A model generated the notes under the pieces. The model did not search any database. It saw only the letters and a list, made by a program, of their open reading frames with translations, and had not been told where the DNA came from. A program made the translations under genes and the position numbers. DNA of 64,000 bases, from assembly GCF_044704955.1 (NCBI RefSeq), contig NC_091994.1, positions 90,396,001 to 90,460,000 on the forward strand. Direction: 5' to 3'. Below, one piece after another: positions 40,001 to 51,928 of this stretch. The first letter of the stretch is position 1, and each line of letters begins with the position of its first letter. Source of the stretch: Pristiophorus japonicus (lineage: Eukaryota).

Positions 40001-41704
40001 GATGAACTGCCAGTCATAGCTGAAGAGATTGGTAGAGCAACCAAACGTGACCCAGTTATGTCAAAGGTGTATGATTATATTGCAAATGGATGGCCAAACC
40101 AGGTAACAGACAAAGATATTCATCCATTCTTCATTCGTAGGAATGAATTATCAGTCGATAAAGATTGTATCATGTGGGGTGCAAGAGTGGTTATACCAAA
40201 TAAATTCAGGTCCAAATTATTAGGAAACCTCCATGACTAGCACCTGGGAATGTACTTGACAAGAGTTTTGCACGCAGTTACTTATGGTGGCCAGGTCTTG
40301 ATAAAGATATAGAGTACATCGTGAGTCAGTGTACGACATGTCAATCGGTAAGCAAGCAACCACCATCAGTACCATTACTGCCATGGAAATGGCCTCTTAG
40401 AGTGTGGCAAAGGCCACATATTGATTTTGCTGAGCTCGAAGGACAACAATTGTTCATTGTGATTGACAGCCATTCGAAGTGGGTCGAGGTGTTTCCAATG
40501 TGGAAAATAACAACAATGTGGAAAATAGACAGTTTGCGAATATTATTTTCTTCAGATGGCCTCCCAGAAGAAATTGTTTCAGATAATGGACCACAATTTA
40601 GTTCAGAAGAATTTGCACAGTTCACGAGCAAAAATGGTGTGAAACATACCAAGGTTCCACCGTACCAACCTGCTTCGAATGGTGCAGCAGAGTGCACTGT
40701 ACAAATTGTAAAACCTGCCCTCATAAAACAAATGTTGGATCCAAATCCAAATCCAGTTGTCATTGGACCACAAATTGACTAATTTTCTAATAATGTATCG
40801 TAATACTCCTCACACAACTACTGGTAGAACACCAGCAGAGTTGTTTCTCAAACGACAGCCACAAACCAGATTCTCGTTGTTAAAACCAAATTTGGCACAG
40901 TCCGTAGAAGAGACACAATTAAGACAGAAAGAGAATCATGATAGAGGTAGAGTAAAAGAGAGAAGTGTGAAATTAAATCAGAAGGTGAGAGTGAAGATCC
41001 ATCACCATAAATGGGTAAAGTGGTTACCAGGAAGAGTGGTGAAGATATGTGGTCCTCGCACATATTTGGTCAAGATGTTTGATAAAAAACAGGTTAGGTT
41101 TGTTCACATTGATCATATTTTACCCACAGACATAGAAGTAGTTGAAGATGGGAGTGATTCAATTATTTCTGACTCATCAGATAGTTTTGATACACCAGTA
41201 GCAAATCCTACATCCAATGTACTGGAAACAAATCCAAGAGAAAGTCAGAATTTAAGTCTGAGTCCGAGTCAGGAAAACAAACAGTCTGAAGTTAGAGACA
41301 GTTCAAATGGAAATCAAGGGCATCCCTTGGAGGTAAACTTCCCTCAGGATCAGCCTCAAATGAGTTTAAATTCGACACCATGGTTGGAAGGTTCTGTTCG
41401 AGAGCGAAGGTATCCTCTTCGAAACAGAAAACAAGTGGTCAAGTTTGATTTGTAAATATGGCAAAATAAGTCCATATCCTTTGTTATGTATAACCATGCA
41501 AGTTATATATGATGATTGTTTGTTATACTAACTCTTCATTAAGGAGGGAGGTGTAATGTCTGTAGCGCTACACTGTGGACACCTGTGTTACTGCAGCTAG
41601 TGCTGTTTAATAAAGAGCAGGTCACCTGACCAGCAGGTCAGAAGTTTCCGGAACCTGCAGCCATCTTACAGGTTGTGTGTTGTGCGCTCTCTGAAGATAT
41701 CACA
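34059..41704 (+). mobile_element. Full-length defective Gypsy LTR retrotransposon (Mag-like), copy A1
   Basis: LTRs 34059-34205 and 41552-41704 (TG...CA); 5-bp TSD ATTGC on both sides; PBS TGGTGACGAGAATGGGAT similar to the complement of tRNA-Ser(GCU); PPT AAGGAGGGAGG; gag zinc knuckles, DTGA protease, YLDD RT, CDAS RNase H, SDNGPQF integrase. Confidence 0.97.
36227..39194 (-). mobile_element. CR1 (whole ORF2, disrupted) inserted in the RT of A1
   Basis: ORFs 38240-39115, 37049-38188 and 36314-37033; TATT duplicated at 36223-36226 and 39195-39198. Confidence 0.97.
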
Positions 41705-42329
41705 ATTGCAGTGCAGTTTTCAGCAGCAGAGAACTGCGGGGCACATCGGTCAGTTAGCTCTCTTGATAAGCCACCTCCAGCTTTTCATTAAGAATATGCA
41801 CAATGTAAGGGAGCTGATAGATGTTCAGCAAACATGCCAATAGCTGATCCGAGTTTTAATGGTGCCAATCGCAGATTTTCCTTTCAGACAGGTGATGGCA
41901 GGATGAGCGCACTAGAGTGTTTGGATGAGGCAGAATGAGCAGGAACGACTCCCGATGATAGGTGATTAGCTAATAATGGGCCCGGCATTGATCTGTACTC
42001 ATGCGTCTGGTGAACCCTCTGCCACTATCTGCTTCTGCAGATTTTGATCCTTGCAAACCACATGGAAAGTCACAGTGGATCTGATGTCAGCAATCTCTGA
42101 CTTTACATTCCACACTGATACATTATTCTTCTAAATTCTAAAAGCAATTAGTTCAGAAAATCCAAATTTATGTTATATTTCATGTTTTGGAAATATTTTG
42201 AGTGTTCAATGCCTGACTCGTCAGATGAAGAAAATGGAATCCTTACATTACGAAATGAGAATCCAGGACGATGAGTGTAATCTATAAAAAAAGGGCAACT
42301 CCGACTGTTGCTAGCACAGCATCATTAGT

Positions 42330-43240
42330 TAATGATGTACGCTGACAAGACCCAGTTCTACCTCACCACCAACTCTCTCTGCCTCTGCTGTGTCTCACTG
42401 CTTGTACGACATTCAGTATTTACTGAGCAGAAATTTCCTCCATTTAAATATTGGGAAGACCAGAGCCATTATTTTCGGTCCCCGCCACAAACTCTGTTCC
42501 CTAGCCCCCGACTCCATCCCTCTTCCTGGCTGAGGCTGAATCAAACTGTTTGCAACCTTGGCATCATTTTTGACCCTGAGCTGAGCTTCCAACCTCCATA
42601 TCCTCTCCATTACCAAGACCACCTATGTCCTCCTCTATAATATCACCCGCCTCCATCCCTGCCTCAGCTCATCATCTGCGGCTGAAATCATCAGCCATGC
42701 CTTTGTTACCTCTAGTCTCGACTATTCCAATGCTCTCCTGGCCAGCCTTTCATCTTGCACCCTCCATAAACTTGAGTTAATCCAAAACACACACCAATTC
42801 CTGTTTGCCCATTTGTGCTTGCTGACTTACATTGGCTCCCAGTCCGGCAACATCTTGATTTTAAAATTCTCATCCTTGTCTTCAAATCCCTCCATGGCCT
42901 CGCCCCCTCCTAACTCTGCAACCTTCTCCAACCCTTCAACCCTCCAAGACCTGTCCAATTCTGGCATATCTCCGCTTTTCATCGCTCCACCATTGGCAGC
43001 CGTACCTTCAGCTGCCTAGGCCCAAAGCTTTGGAATTCATTGTCTAAACCTCTCTGCCTCTTTACCTCTCTCTCCTCCTTTAAGATGCCCTTTAAAACCT
43101 ACCTCTTTGACCAATCAGTCCAAAAATCTTCTTATGTTACTTGGTGTCACATTTTGTTCGATAATGCTCTTGTGTAGCGCCTTGGGACGTTTTACTATGT
43201 TAAAGGCGCTATATAAATGCAAGTCTTTTTTGTTGTTGTT
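42330..43240 (+). mobile_element. L2 LINE 3' fragment
   Basis: MYADKTQFY RT motif; L2 tail at about 43200-43240. Confidence 0.88.
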
Positions 43241-43349
43241 AAAGATCAGCAAATTACAGCACAGACACATTAATTGTGACCCAGTTCAATGTTATGCAGC
43301 TAATTTCTAGTGCCATCTGATACAAGGTATATTTTATTGACAGTGCAGA

Positions 43350-44928
43350 GGAGTCTGCGTTTTAGGCAGAGTAGAGCAGAACCTGCGCCAGAAAATCGAA
43401 AGTTTGGGCAGGTGTGCGATAGAAAACCGATGAATTAGGTCGGAACTCAGAAATGCCAGGTCATGGTCTGCGCTACAAATTTCTTTAGGAACTTGTTTGG
43501 TCAGAACCTCAGCCCACCCCAAAAATGGTGCTCTCAAGCAGAGGAGGTAAGGCTGGAGAGCCCCATTGCAGGCGGGAGGGGTGGGTGGGGGGAGGTGAAG
43601 AGGTATGTTAAAATTTCCTTGGTTGGTTGAGGCTGTTGGTGTAAATATGAGTGGCTGGCCAACACCACTTCTCTCTCAATAACTCCCCTCCGGTGGCCTC
43701 CTGACTTGCGCCCATAGTTACCTGGGATGGGCGCCCACTAGTGAAATTGAAATAAGGGAACCACCCCGGAATCTGGATACATTTAAATGGGATTGGCAGC
43801 AGAGGTTCCCAGCGGGCTTATCCTGTAACTTATGTCAAGATGAAATATCTGGGGATTTTCTGTTTTTAGAGAGGAATCTGTATTTTAGACAACAGAGAAA
43901 GGAGCTTGTGTTTGGACAGCACTGAGAGGAGCCTGCACTTGAAATCCCGCGGACGTGACCTCTGTTGCTGACCTACTAAAGTTTGTGGGGTCAGGGAGAG
44001 ATCACTCAATTTAAATACTGGTGCTCAGCGTTTGTGCAACTAGGAGTGCCTCTCGGGTGCCCCCCTGCCCAGGTGGCCTCAAACTTTGGAGGACTGCGCT
44101 TGCTTTGGGGTCGGGTATTGCCAAGGCCCTCCCCCAGGTAGAGGATGAAGTTGCACCCATTGGCGCCGTTTGTAAAGGAATAAAAAGAGGACTATAAAAT
44201 GTTTTGCTTCTTCAGGATCCAATGCAAGTCCCAGACCTGGACTCCAGGTTGGTTACCCCATCGCCCCTCCAGCAAATGCAACGCGAGCTTCCACTCTGCA
44301 TAATGGCTGCAAATGCTCTGTGCAGCATATCCCAGGCATAGAGAGTACTGTCCTAGAGCCTTCAGTTCCGACACCACCCGTGGCCTTGTTTGGGACAGGC
44401 AGCGACTCCACCCCCAACAACACCCAGTAAAAACTCTGGGAGAGTGCTGCAAACTGGTGTGCTGGGTCCCGCCTAATGTATGGCACTTCTGGTATGCTGC
44501 TGCTGCAGTTATGCCGGAGATGGATTGGGAAAGCTGCAGATTTGCAACTCCCCTGTGTTTAGGTCGGTGTATAGTTTGAAGTTGCTCTTCCTTGTGCTGC
44601 TGGCACAGACTCAAGCCGTGTAAAATCCTGTAATAAGGACATTCTGGGCGGGTGCCCAGGCATCTCCGGAGATTATGCTACTTTGTGTCGTTGGTGCAGT
44701 GCCAAGCTGCAAGAGCAGAAATTGGAACAGATCTTTGACTGAAGCAAAGTTCAACAACCCCCTGAACGTTCAGGAAACAATCTACATTTATACAGCGCGA
44801 CTTTGACACAGACAAGCAGAATATTGAGCTTGCTTCTTCACCGGTCAAAGTCGGAATCAGTAAAGAGGTGATCTCCTCAGAGCTTCTCCCGCCCCACCAA
44901 CAAGCTTCCACCGAGGGAATTCACCCCC
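43350..44928. mobile_element. Very old Harbinger-like DNA transposon remnant
   Basis: Ends GAATTCACCCC like the other MITE termini; weak LPVPNKAT similarity to the Harbinger transposase N-terminus on the minus strand near 44400. Confidence 0.35.
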
Positions 44929-45299
44929 TAAGTAACTAATGCATTTAGGATCAACAGCAAACAGAAACCCAAAAGTGGCATAAATTTTGAGTTAATTTGC
45001 TGAATAGCAAATAATTCAAACTCTTCCATCATCTCCGGTCTATTTCAATTCATCATCACACCCAAAATGTGTTTCTGTCGAACTCTGACATCACTTTCAC
45101 TTTAACATTAATTGCCAGCCAAAGTGGTAGCATTTATTTAAGTCTTGTCACTCTTGACAAAACAAGGTTTTATCAGCAAAGCTGGTAGGCCGGAAAAAAC
45201 ATCTTTGTCTCAATCCATCATATGTATTTGATAAAAGAGTGGTTTAAATTATACACTCATTGCTTGAAATGTTCCTGAACTGACACCCTCTCTGGGTGT

Positions 45300-45570
45300 C
45301 TTCGGCACTGACTGTCAGACACTGGGAGAAGGCTGATGTGCCAAGTTTAGGACACTTGGACGGCTGCTAGTGTGGACACTGAAGATGGCGGACACAGTAA
45401 GTGGCTGATGAACTGAGTGTCAGACATGGGAGTATCTGATGAACTGAGAAGTGCCTTATGTACTGAGTGTGAGACACCGGGTGTGGCTGGTATTTTGAGT
45501 GTGGGACATTGGGAACTTTAGATGTAACAACTGTAGGTCACTGGGAGTGCTTCACGTGCTGAGTGAGGCC
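45300..45570. repeat. Degenerate minisatellite (ACTGAGTGTCAGACACTGGG-like)
   Basis: Core recurs at about 45307, 45412, 45462 and 45496. Confidence 0.6.
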
Positions 45571-46101
45571 AAGCTGCCCTGTAGCGTTCCTCCACAACTA
45601 CCAAGGTCTCTGTTTGGAGATTATTCTAGTACTCCTTCACATGGGCGTTCTCTCACTTTGCCCCAAATCATTCCCCACATATTTTTCAAAAGCATTTCAC
45701 TAAAAACAAATCTGACAATCTTCCAACTGCTTATGGCCATCACGTCTCCCCTTAGTGGCTACGACTGTGTGCTCTTTCAATCCCAACCTCTGATTTCTCC
45801 CACAGTTCCAACAGGCTCTGAGATAGTTCTCTGATGATTTGCAGCAAGAATCTTGGGGGATTTAGGTGGTATTCTAATCTTTGGTTGGTTGTCTCTTTCC
45901 CCTTTAAGAAAAGAGAGTGTGAGGCGACTCTGTGCGTCATCACATGGAATGTAGTCCGGGTGTCAGACAACATTCCTTAATGCATGTGATCACGCATGCT
46001 GGAAACATGAGACATATCATGTGGGTCTTCGACTGTTTCCTTCACATTCGGATATGAGAAAAGAAATACTAGCAGGAGAAGGAAGAGGGTACGAAGGGTA
46101 T

Positions 46102-49100
46102 TGTAATGTCTGTAAGCTTGTAATGTTTGTAGCCCCACACTGTGGATGGGGACGTATTGTGTACTGCAACTGCAGAGTTAATAATAAACAGAACCAGGCA
46201 GATTCTGGAGGCTTCCGAGAGAGCTGCCTGCCATGTTAGGAGCTGTGTGTGCTGTGCTATGTGAAAAAAAATCACCTTTGGCGATAAGATGGGATTTTTC
46301 GGATGATTTAAAGCTTAAATTTTGTTGGGGAAGGATTCAGCCAGCCGACAGAGACTTTGGACGTTTCTGTCTTTGGAACAAAGCTACAAAATCCGAGGTA
46401 AAATACAACACACGGTGTGAACAGCTAGAGATTAAAATGGCAGGTGCAATCGGACATTTGGGGGAATATAGACATGACCGGGAACATTTTAAAACGTATG
46501 TGGATCAGCTAGAAATGTATTTCACTGCAAATAACATAATCGAAGTTCCAGACAATGCAGTCCAGAACCGGGCTGTGTTGGAACATAAGAAAACGACCTT
46601 CTTATCGGTGGTGGGTCCGGCATTGTATGATACCCTTGTAAATCTGCTTGTGCCTGACGAGCCAAAAGACACAACGCTTAAAGAGATTTTAACGAAGCTG
46701 GAGCAGTACTATAACCCCAAACCGTTAGAAATTGCTGAAAGCTATCGTTTTTGGATTTGGAATCAAAAGAATGATGAAAGTATCAGTGATTCCATCGCAG
46801 CATTAAATAAGCTATCGATGCACTGTCATTTTGGAAACTTTCAAAACCGAGCATTACGGGATCATTTTGTTTGTGGGGTGAAAAATAAGATGATCAGAAG
46901 GAAGTTATTGACGATGGATGACTTGACTTTTGAGATTTGCTTGTCAGACAGCGAGATCGATGGGCATGGCCGAACAATATTCCCAAGAATTAAATAATAA
47001 TTACGGTCGTCATTCAACTGAGGTAAATCACCTGCAGGTTCAAGGTAAAAGACGGTGGGGGCCCAAAGTCTCAGAAACTGGAAATTCTAACAGAGCGTCG
47101 AAATCGTGCTATCGGTGCCTGGGACAACACATTGCTCAAAGTTGTCCATACGTGAAAGCAGAGTGTTTCTTCTGCAGAAAGACTGGGCATCTTGCGAAGG
47201 CATGCCGACTGAAGGGTAAACCAGCTTTTAAAGTTATAAATCCAGCGTTCAAAGCTATGAGTAGAAATCCCAAGCGACTACATAGCATGGAAGAACAACA
47301 ACAGGACGAGGAGATGTTAGAGTTAAACGTCATCAGGAGCACGAGGTTAACGGACAGCGATTCGGAAAGCATCAAAATCCACATAGATGTTGCGGGATTT
47401 AAGATACCAATGGAAATTGACACAGGTGCATCCGTGAGTGTAGTACCGGAGTCGCTGTACCTCGACAAATTGCGGGATTTCCAACTGGAGAAATCCAAGA
47501 TAGAGCTGCGAGGCTACTCGGGAGAGATAATTCCTGTGGTAGGTCATATCACCGTACCAGTGAAATATAAAGATCAATTTCAGAACTTGCCTCTAATAGG
47601 AGACAAGCCTGCCTTACTAGGAAGAAATTGGTTGAGCTCACTGAAGCTTGATTGGAGTAAGATTTTCTCTATGGAAGCGAGATTTTCATCAACAGCTGAG
47701 GTTATCAAGAAGTATCTGAAGGTGTTCTGCGAAACGGGCAGTCCGATCTAAGACTTCAAGGCGAGTGTCAGGGTACAGAAGGACGCTAGATCGGTTTACT
47801 ACAAGCCACATTCTGTACCATATGCACTCAAGGAGAAAGTTGAGCAAGAACTCAAAAGACTAGAGACTGAGAACATTATTTGTAAGATAGATCGATGTAA
47901 TAGGGCTACACCCTTTGTTGTTGTACCTAAGTCCGATGGTAAGGTAAGATTGTGTGGTGATTATAAAGTAACCGTAAACCAGGTTCTAGAGGGTAATGTC
48001 CCCAATACATTGCCGAATATAGAAGATTTGTTCACAATACTGACAGGTGGTCAGATCTTCTCAAACTGGATTTTACGAATGCCTACTTACAGCTTGAACT
48101 AGATGAGGAGTCCAAGTCATGTTTGACTATAAATACTCATCTAGGCCTATATCAATTTAATAGGCTACCGTTTGGAGTGTCTTCCGCCCCTGCCAAGGGG
48201 TGATGAACCAGAGTTTGCAAGGTATTCAAGGTATGTATTTGGATGACATACTAATTTCAGCACCAAATAGGCAAATTCATAATAACATATTGAATGAAGT
48301 CCTCAAACGGCTAGAGAAGCACAGAGTACGAGTGTCTGCTCGTAAGCGTGAGTTATTTAAAAACTCAGTGGAGTACTTAGGGTACAGAGTTTACATCCAA
48401 CCATGGAAAAATTGGATGCAATTAGAAATGCACCAACTCCCAGGAATGTCACTGAACTTCGTTCATTCTTGGGTCTTTTGAACTATTATGGGAAGTTCCT
48501 ACCAAATTTGGCGACAGTATTACATCCACTGAATGAACTTTTGCAAAAACAGGTCCATTGGCATGTTGGCCTTCATAGCGAGGGGATTTGAGTACAGGGG
48601 CAGGGAGGTGTTGCTACAGTTGTACAGGGCCTTGGTGAGGCCACACCTGGAGTATTGTGTACAGTTTTGGTCTCCTAACTTGAGGAAGGACATTCTTGCT
48701 ATTGAGGGAGTGCAGCGAAGATTCACCAGACTGATTCCCGGGATGGTGGGACTGATCTATCAAGAAAGACTGGATCAACTGGGCTTGTATTCACCGGAGT
48801 TCAGAAGAATGAGAGGGGACCTCATAGAAACGTTTAAAATTCTGACGGGTTTAGACAGGTTAGATGCAGGAAGAATGTTCCCAATGTTGGGGAAGTCCAG
48901 AACCAGGGGTCACAGTCTAAGGATAAGGGGTAAGCCATTTAGGACCGAGATGAGGAGAAACTTCTTCACCCAGAGAGTGGTGAACCTGTGGAATTCTCTA
49001 CCACAGAAAGTAGTTGAGGCCAATTCACTAAATATATTCAAAAGGGAGTTAGATGAAGTCCTTACTACTCGGGGGATCAAGGGGTATGGCGAGAAAGCAG

Positions 49101-51470
49101 GAAGGGGGTACTGAAGTTTCATGTTCAGCCATGAACTCATTGAATGGCGGTGCAGGCTAGAAGGGCTGAATGGCCTGCTCCTGCACCTAGTTTCTATGTT
49201 TCTATGTTTCTATTGGAAGTGGTCAAAAGAATGCGATACAGCATTCAAGGAGTGTAAAAGCAAATTGGTAGAGAGCACCATGTTAGTTCACTATGACATA
49301 TCTAAGGAGATTAAGCGCATGTGATGCCTCTCCGTATGGAGTTGGGGCAGTGATCTCTCATGTATCATGTAGTGGGGAGGAGAGACCAATTGCTTTTGCT
49401 TCACGCACTCTCAGTGCCAGTGAGAGTAATTATGTGAAAATTGAAAGGGAAGCTTTGATATTAATTTTTGGGGTCAAGAAGTTTCACAAATACTTGTATG
49501 GTCATAAGTTTACCATCGTTATGGACCATAAGTCCCTAACAGCAATCCTCCATCCAAAGTCCCCAGTTCCAACATTAGCTGCAGCCCGAATGCAGAGATG
49601 GGCTTTGATTTTGCCAGCGTATACATATGATATTGAATACAGACGATCAGCTGATCACAGTAATGCTGATGCAATGTCTAGATTGCCTTCCCTATCACAA
49701 ATTACACCCGATAGGGAAGAAGTGTTTTATTTTTCATACATTGATGAACTGCCAGCCACAGCTGAAGAGATTGGTAGAGCAACCAAACGTGACCCAGTGA
49801 TGTCAAAGGTGTATGATTATATTGCAAATGGATGGCCAAACCAGGTAACAGACAAAGATACCCATCCATTCTTCATTCATAGGAATGAATTATCAGTCGA
49901 TAAAGATTGTATCATGTAGGGTGCAAGAGTGGTTATACCAAATAAATTCAGGTCCAAATTATTAGGAGACCTCCATGACCAGCACCTGGGAATGTGCTTG
50001 ATGAAGAGTTTTGCACGCAGTTATTTATGGTGGCCAGGTCTTGATAAAGATATAGAGTACATCGTGAGTCAGTGTACGACATGTCAATCGGTAAGCAAGC
50101 AACCACCACCAGTACCATTACAGCCGTGAAAATGGCCTCCCAGGGTGTGGCAAGGCTTCATATTGATTTTGCTGAGTTAGAAGGACAACAATTGTTCATT
50201 GTGATTGATAGCCATTAGAAGTGGGTTGAGGTGTTTCCAATGTGGAAAATAACAACAAGTAAAACATTGGACATTTTACAAAAGTTATTTTCTTCATTTG
50301 GCCTCCCTGAAGAAATTGTTTCGGATAATGGACCACAATTTCGTTCAGAAGAATTTGCACAATTCACGAGCAAAAATGGTGTGAAACATACCAAGGTTCC
50401 ACCATACCACCCTGCTTCGAATGGTGCAGCAGAGCACACTGTACAAATTGTAAAACGTGCCCTCATAAAACAAATGTTAGATCCAAATCCAAGGAAACGA
50501 CAGTTGTCATTGGATCACAAATTGGCTAATTTTTTTATTACATATCGAAATACTCCTCATACAACTACTGGTAGAACACCAGCAGTGTTGTTTCTCAAAC
50601 GACAGCTACGAACCAGATTCTCGTTATTAAAACCAAATTTGGCACAGTCCGTAGAAGAGACACAATTAAGATAGAAAGAGAATCATGATAGAGGTAGAGT
50701 AAAAGAGTGAAGTGTGAAATTAAACCAGAAGCTGAGAGTGAAGAACCATCACCATAAATGGTTAAAGTGGTTACCAGGAAGAGTGGTGAAGATATGTGGT
50801 CCTCGCACATATTTGGTAAAGATGTTTGATAATGGGCAGGTTAGGTTTGTTCATATTGATCATATTTTACCTACAGACATGGAAGGAATTGAAGGTGGGA
50901 ATGATTCAATTATTTCTGACTCATCAGTTAGTTTTGATACACCAGTAGCAAATCCTAAATCCAATGTATTGGAAACAAATCCAGGAGAGAATCAGAATGA
51001 AAGTCTGAGTCCGAGTCAGGAAAACAAAGAGCCTGAAGTTAGTGAGTTCAAATGAAAATCAAGGAAATTCCGTAGAGGAAAATGTTCCTCAGGATGAACC
51101 TCAAATGAGTTTAGATTCGACACCAGGTTTGGAAGGTTCTGTTCGAGAGCGAAGGTATCCTCTTCGAAACAGAAAACAAGTGGTAAAGTTAAATTTGTAA
51201 ATATGGAAAAAAATAAGTCTATATCCTGTGTTATGTATAAACATGAAAGTTATGTATGATGTTTGTTATAATAACTTCTTCATTAAGGAAGGAGAAGTGT
51301 AATGTCTGTAAGCTTGTAATGTTTGTATCTCCACACTGTGGATGTGGACGTATTGTGTACTGCAACTGCAGAGTTAATAATAAACAGAACCAGGCAGATT
51401 CCGGAGGCTTCCGAGAGAGCTGCCTGCCATGTTAGGAGCTGTGTGTGCTGTGCTCTGTGAATATATCACA
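46102..51470 (+). mobile_element. Full-length defective Gypsy LTR retrotransposon (Mag-like), copy A2
   Basis: LTRs 46102-46276 and 51298-51470; TSD GGTAT/AGTAT; PBS TGGCGATAAGATGGGAT; PPT AAGGAAGGAGAAG; two CCHC knuckles, DTGA, YLDD, RH and IN motifs. Confidence 0.97.
48562..49211 (+). mobile_element. 5'-truncated CR1 inserted in the pol of A2
   Basis: ATTGG duplicated at 48557-48561 and 49212-49216; (TTTCTATG)n tail. Confidence 0.96.
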
Positions 51471-51841
51471 AGTATCATGGGACCTCCTGAATGTGGCTGG
51501 TTGGTTGCAGGTGACGTTCGAAGTAGTGAAAGCAAGGAGGCTGCAACTGGGCAAAAAGGTTACGGAGTGACTCCTGCCAGCGAACTGGAAACTGTGCAGA
51601 AGTATTTGCGCAAAACTGTCATATCACAAAATCATAAAATAACGTTCACAACAGACGGAGGTCTGCGTAAAAGACAACTGTAGCGTTTTTTTTCCCTTGT
51701 TGGAAATAATTTTATTATAAAGAAATGCAAATAAAATTTAAAACACGTATTATTTTCCGATTAGCAATTTTCTTTACAAACACGTGATTAAAAAATAAAC
51801 ACTAAGTGATCGGGCGATTGTTTTTTTTCCCTCCGACTCAC

Positions 51842-51891
51842 CTGGTTTTCTGAGTTCCAAAAGGAGCTCCTTGAAAGAGTTTCACTTCCAT
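51842..51891 (-). CDS. CIMAP2: Probable first coding exon of ciliary microtubule-associated protein 2 (LEXM/C1orf177)
   Basis: Encodes MEVKLFQGAPFGTQKT(R), resembling the human LEXM N-terminal motif KWFTGAPFGVQSHRF as I recall it; in-frame stop upstream of the ATG; perfect donor CAG|GTGAGT; unique sequence. Only 17 aa, not database-checked. Confidence 0.6.
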
Positions 51892-51928
51892 TGAGTGATC
51901 AGCTCATGTCGGATGCTGACAGCGGTTT

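Noticed and set aside
45300-45570. Repeat-spacer (CRISPR-like) appearance
   Set aside because: Degenerate eukaryotic minisatellite; units not identical and no cas genes
45930-45960. ZNF143/ACTACA-like motif (GGACTACATTCC, minus)
   Set aside because: Partial match only, with no adjacent first exon
34059-51470. A1/A2 as a segmental duplication or assembly artefact
   Set aside because: Different LTRs, TSDs, flanks and CR1 insertions show independent integrations
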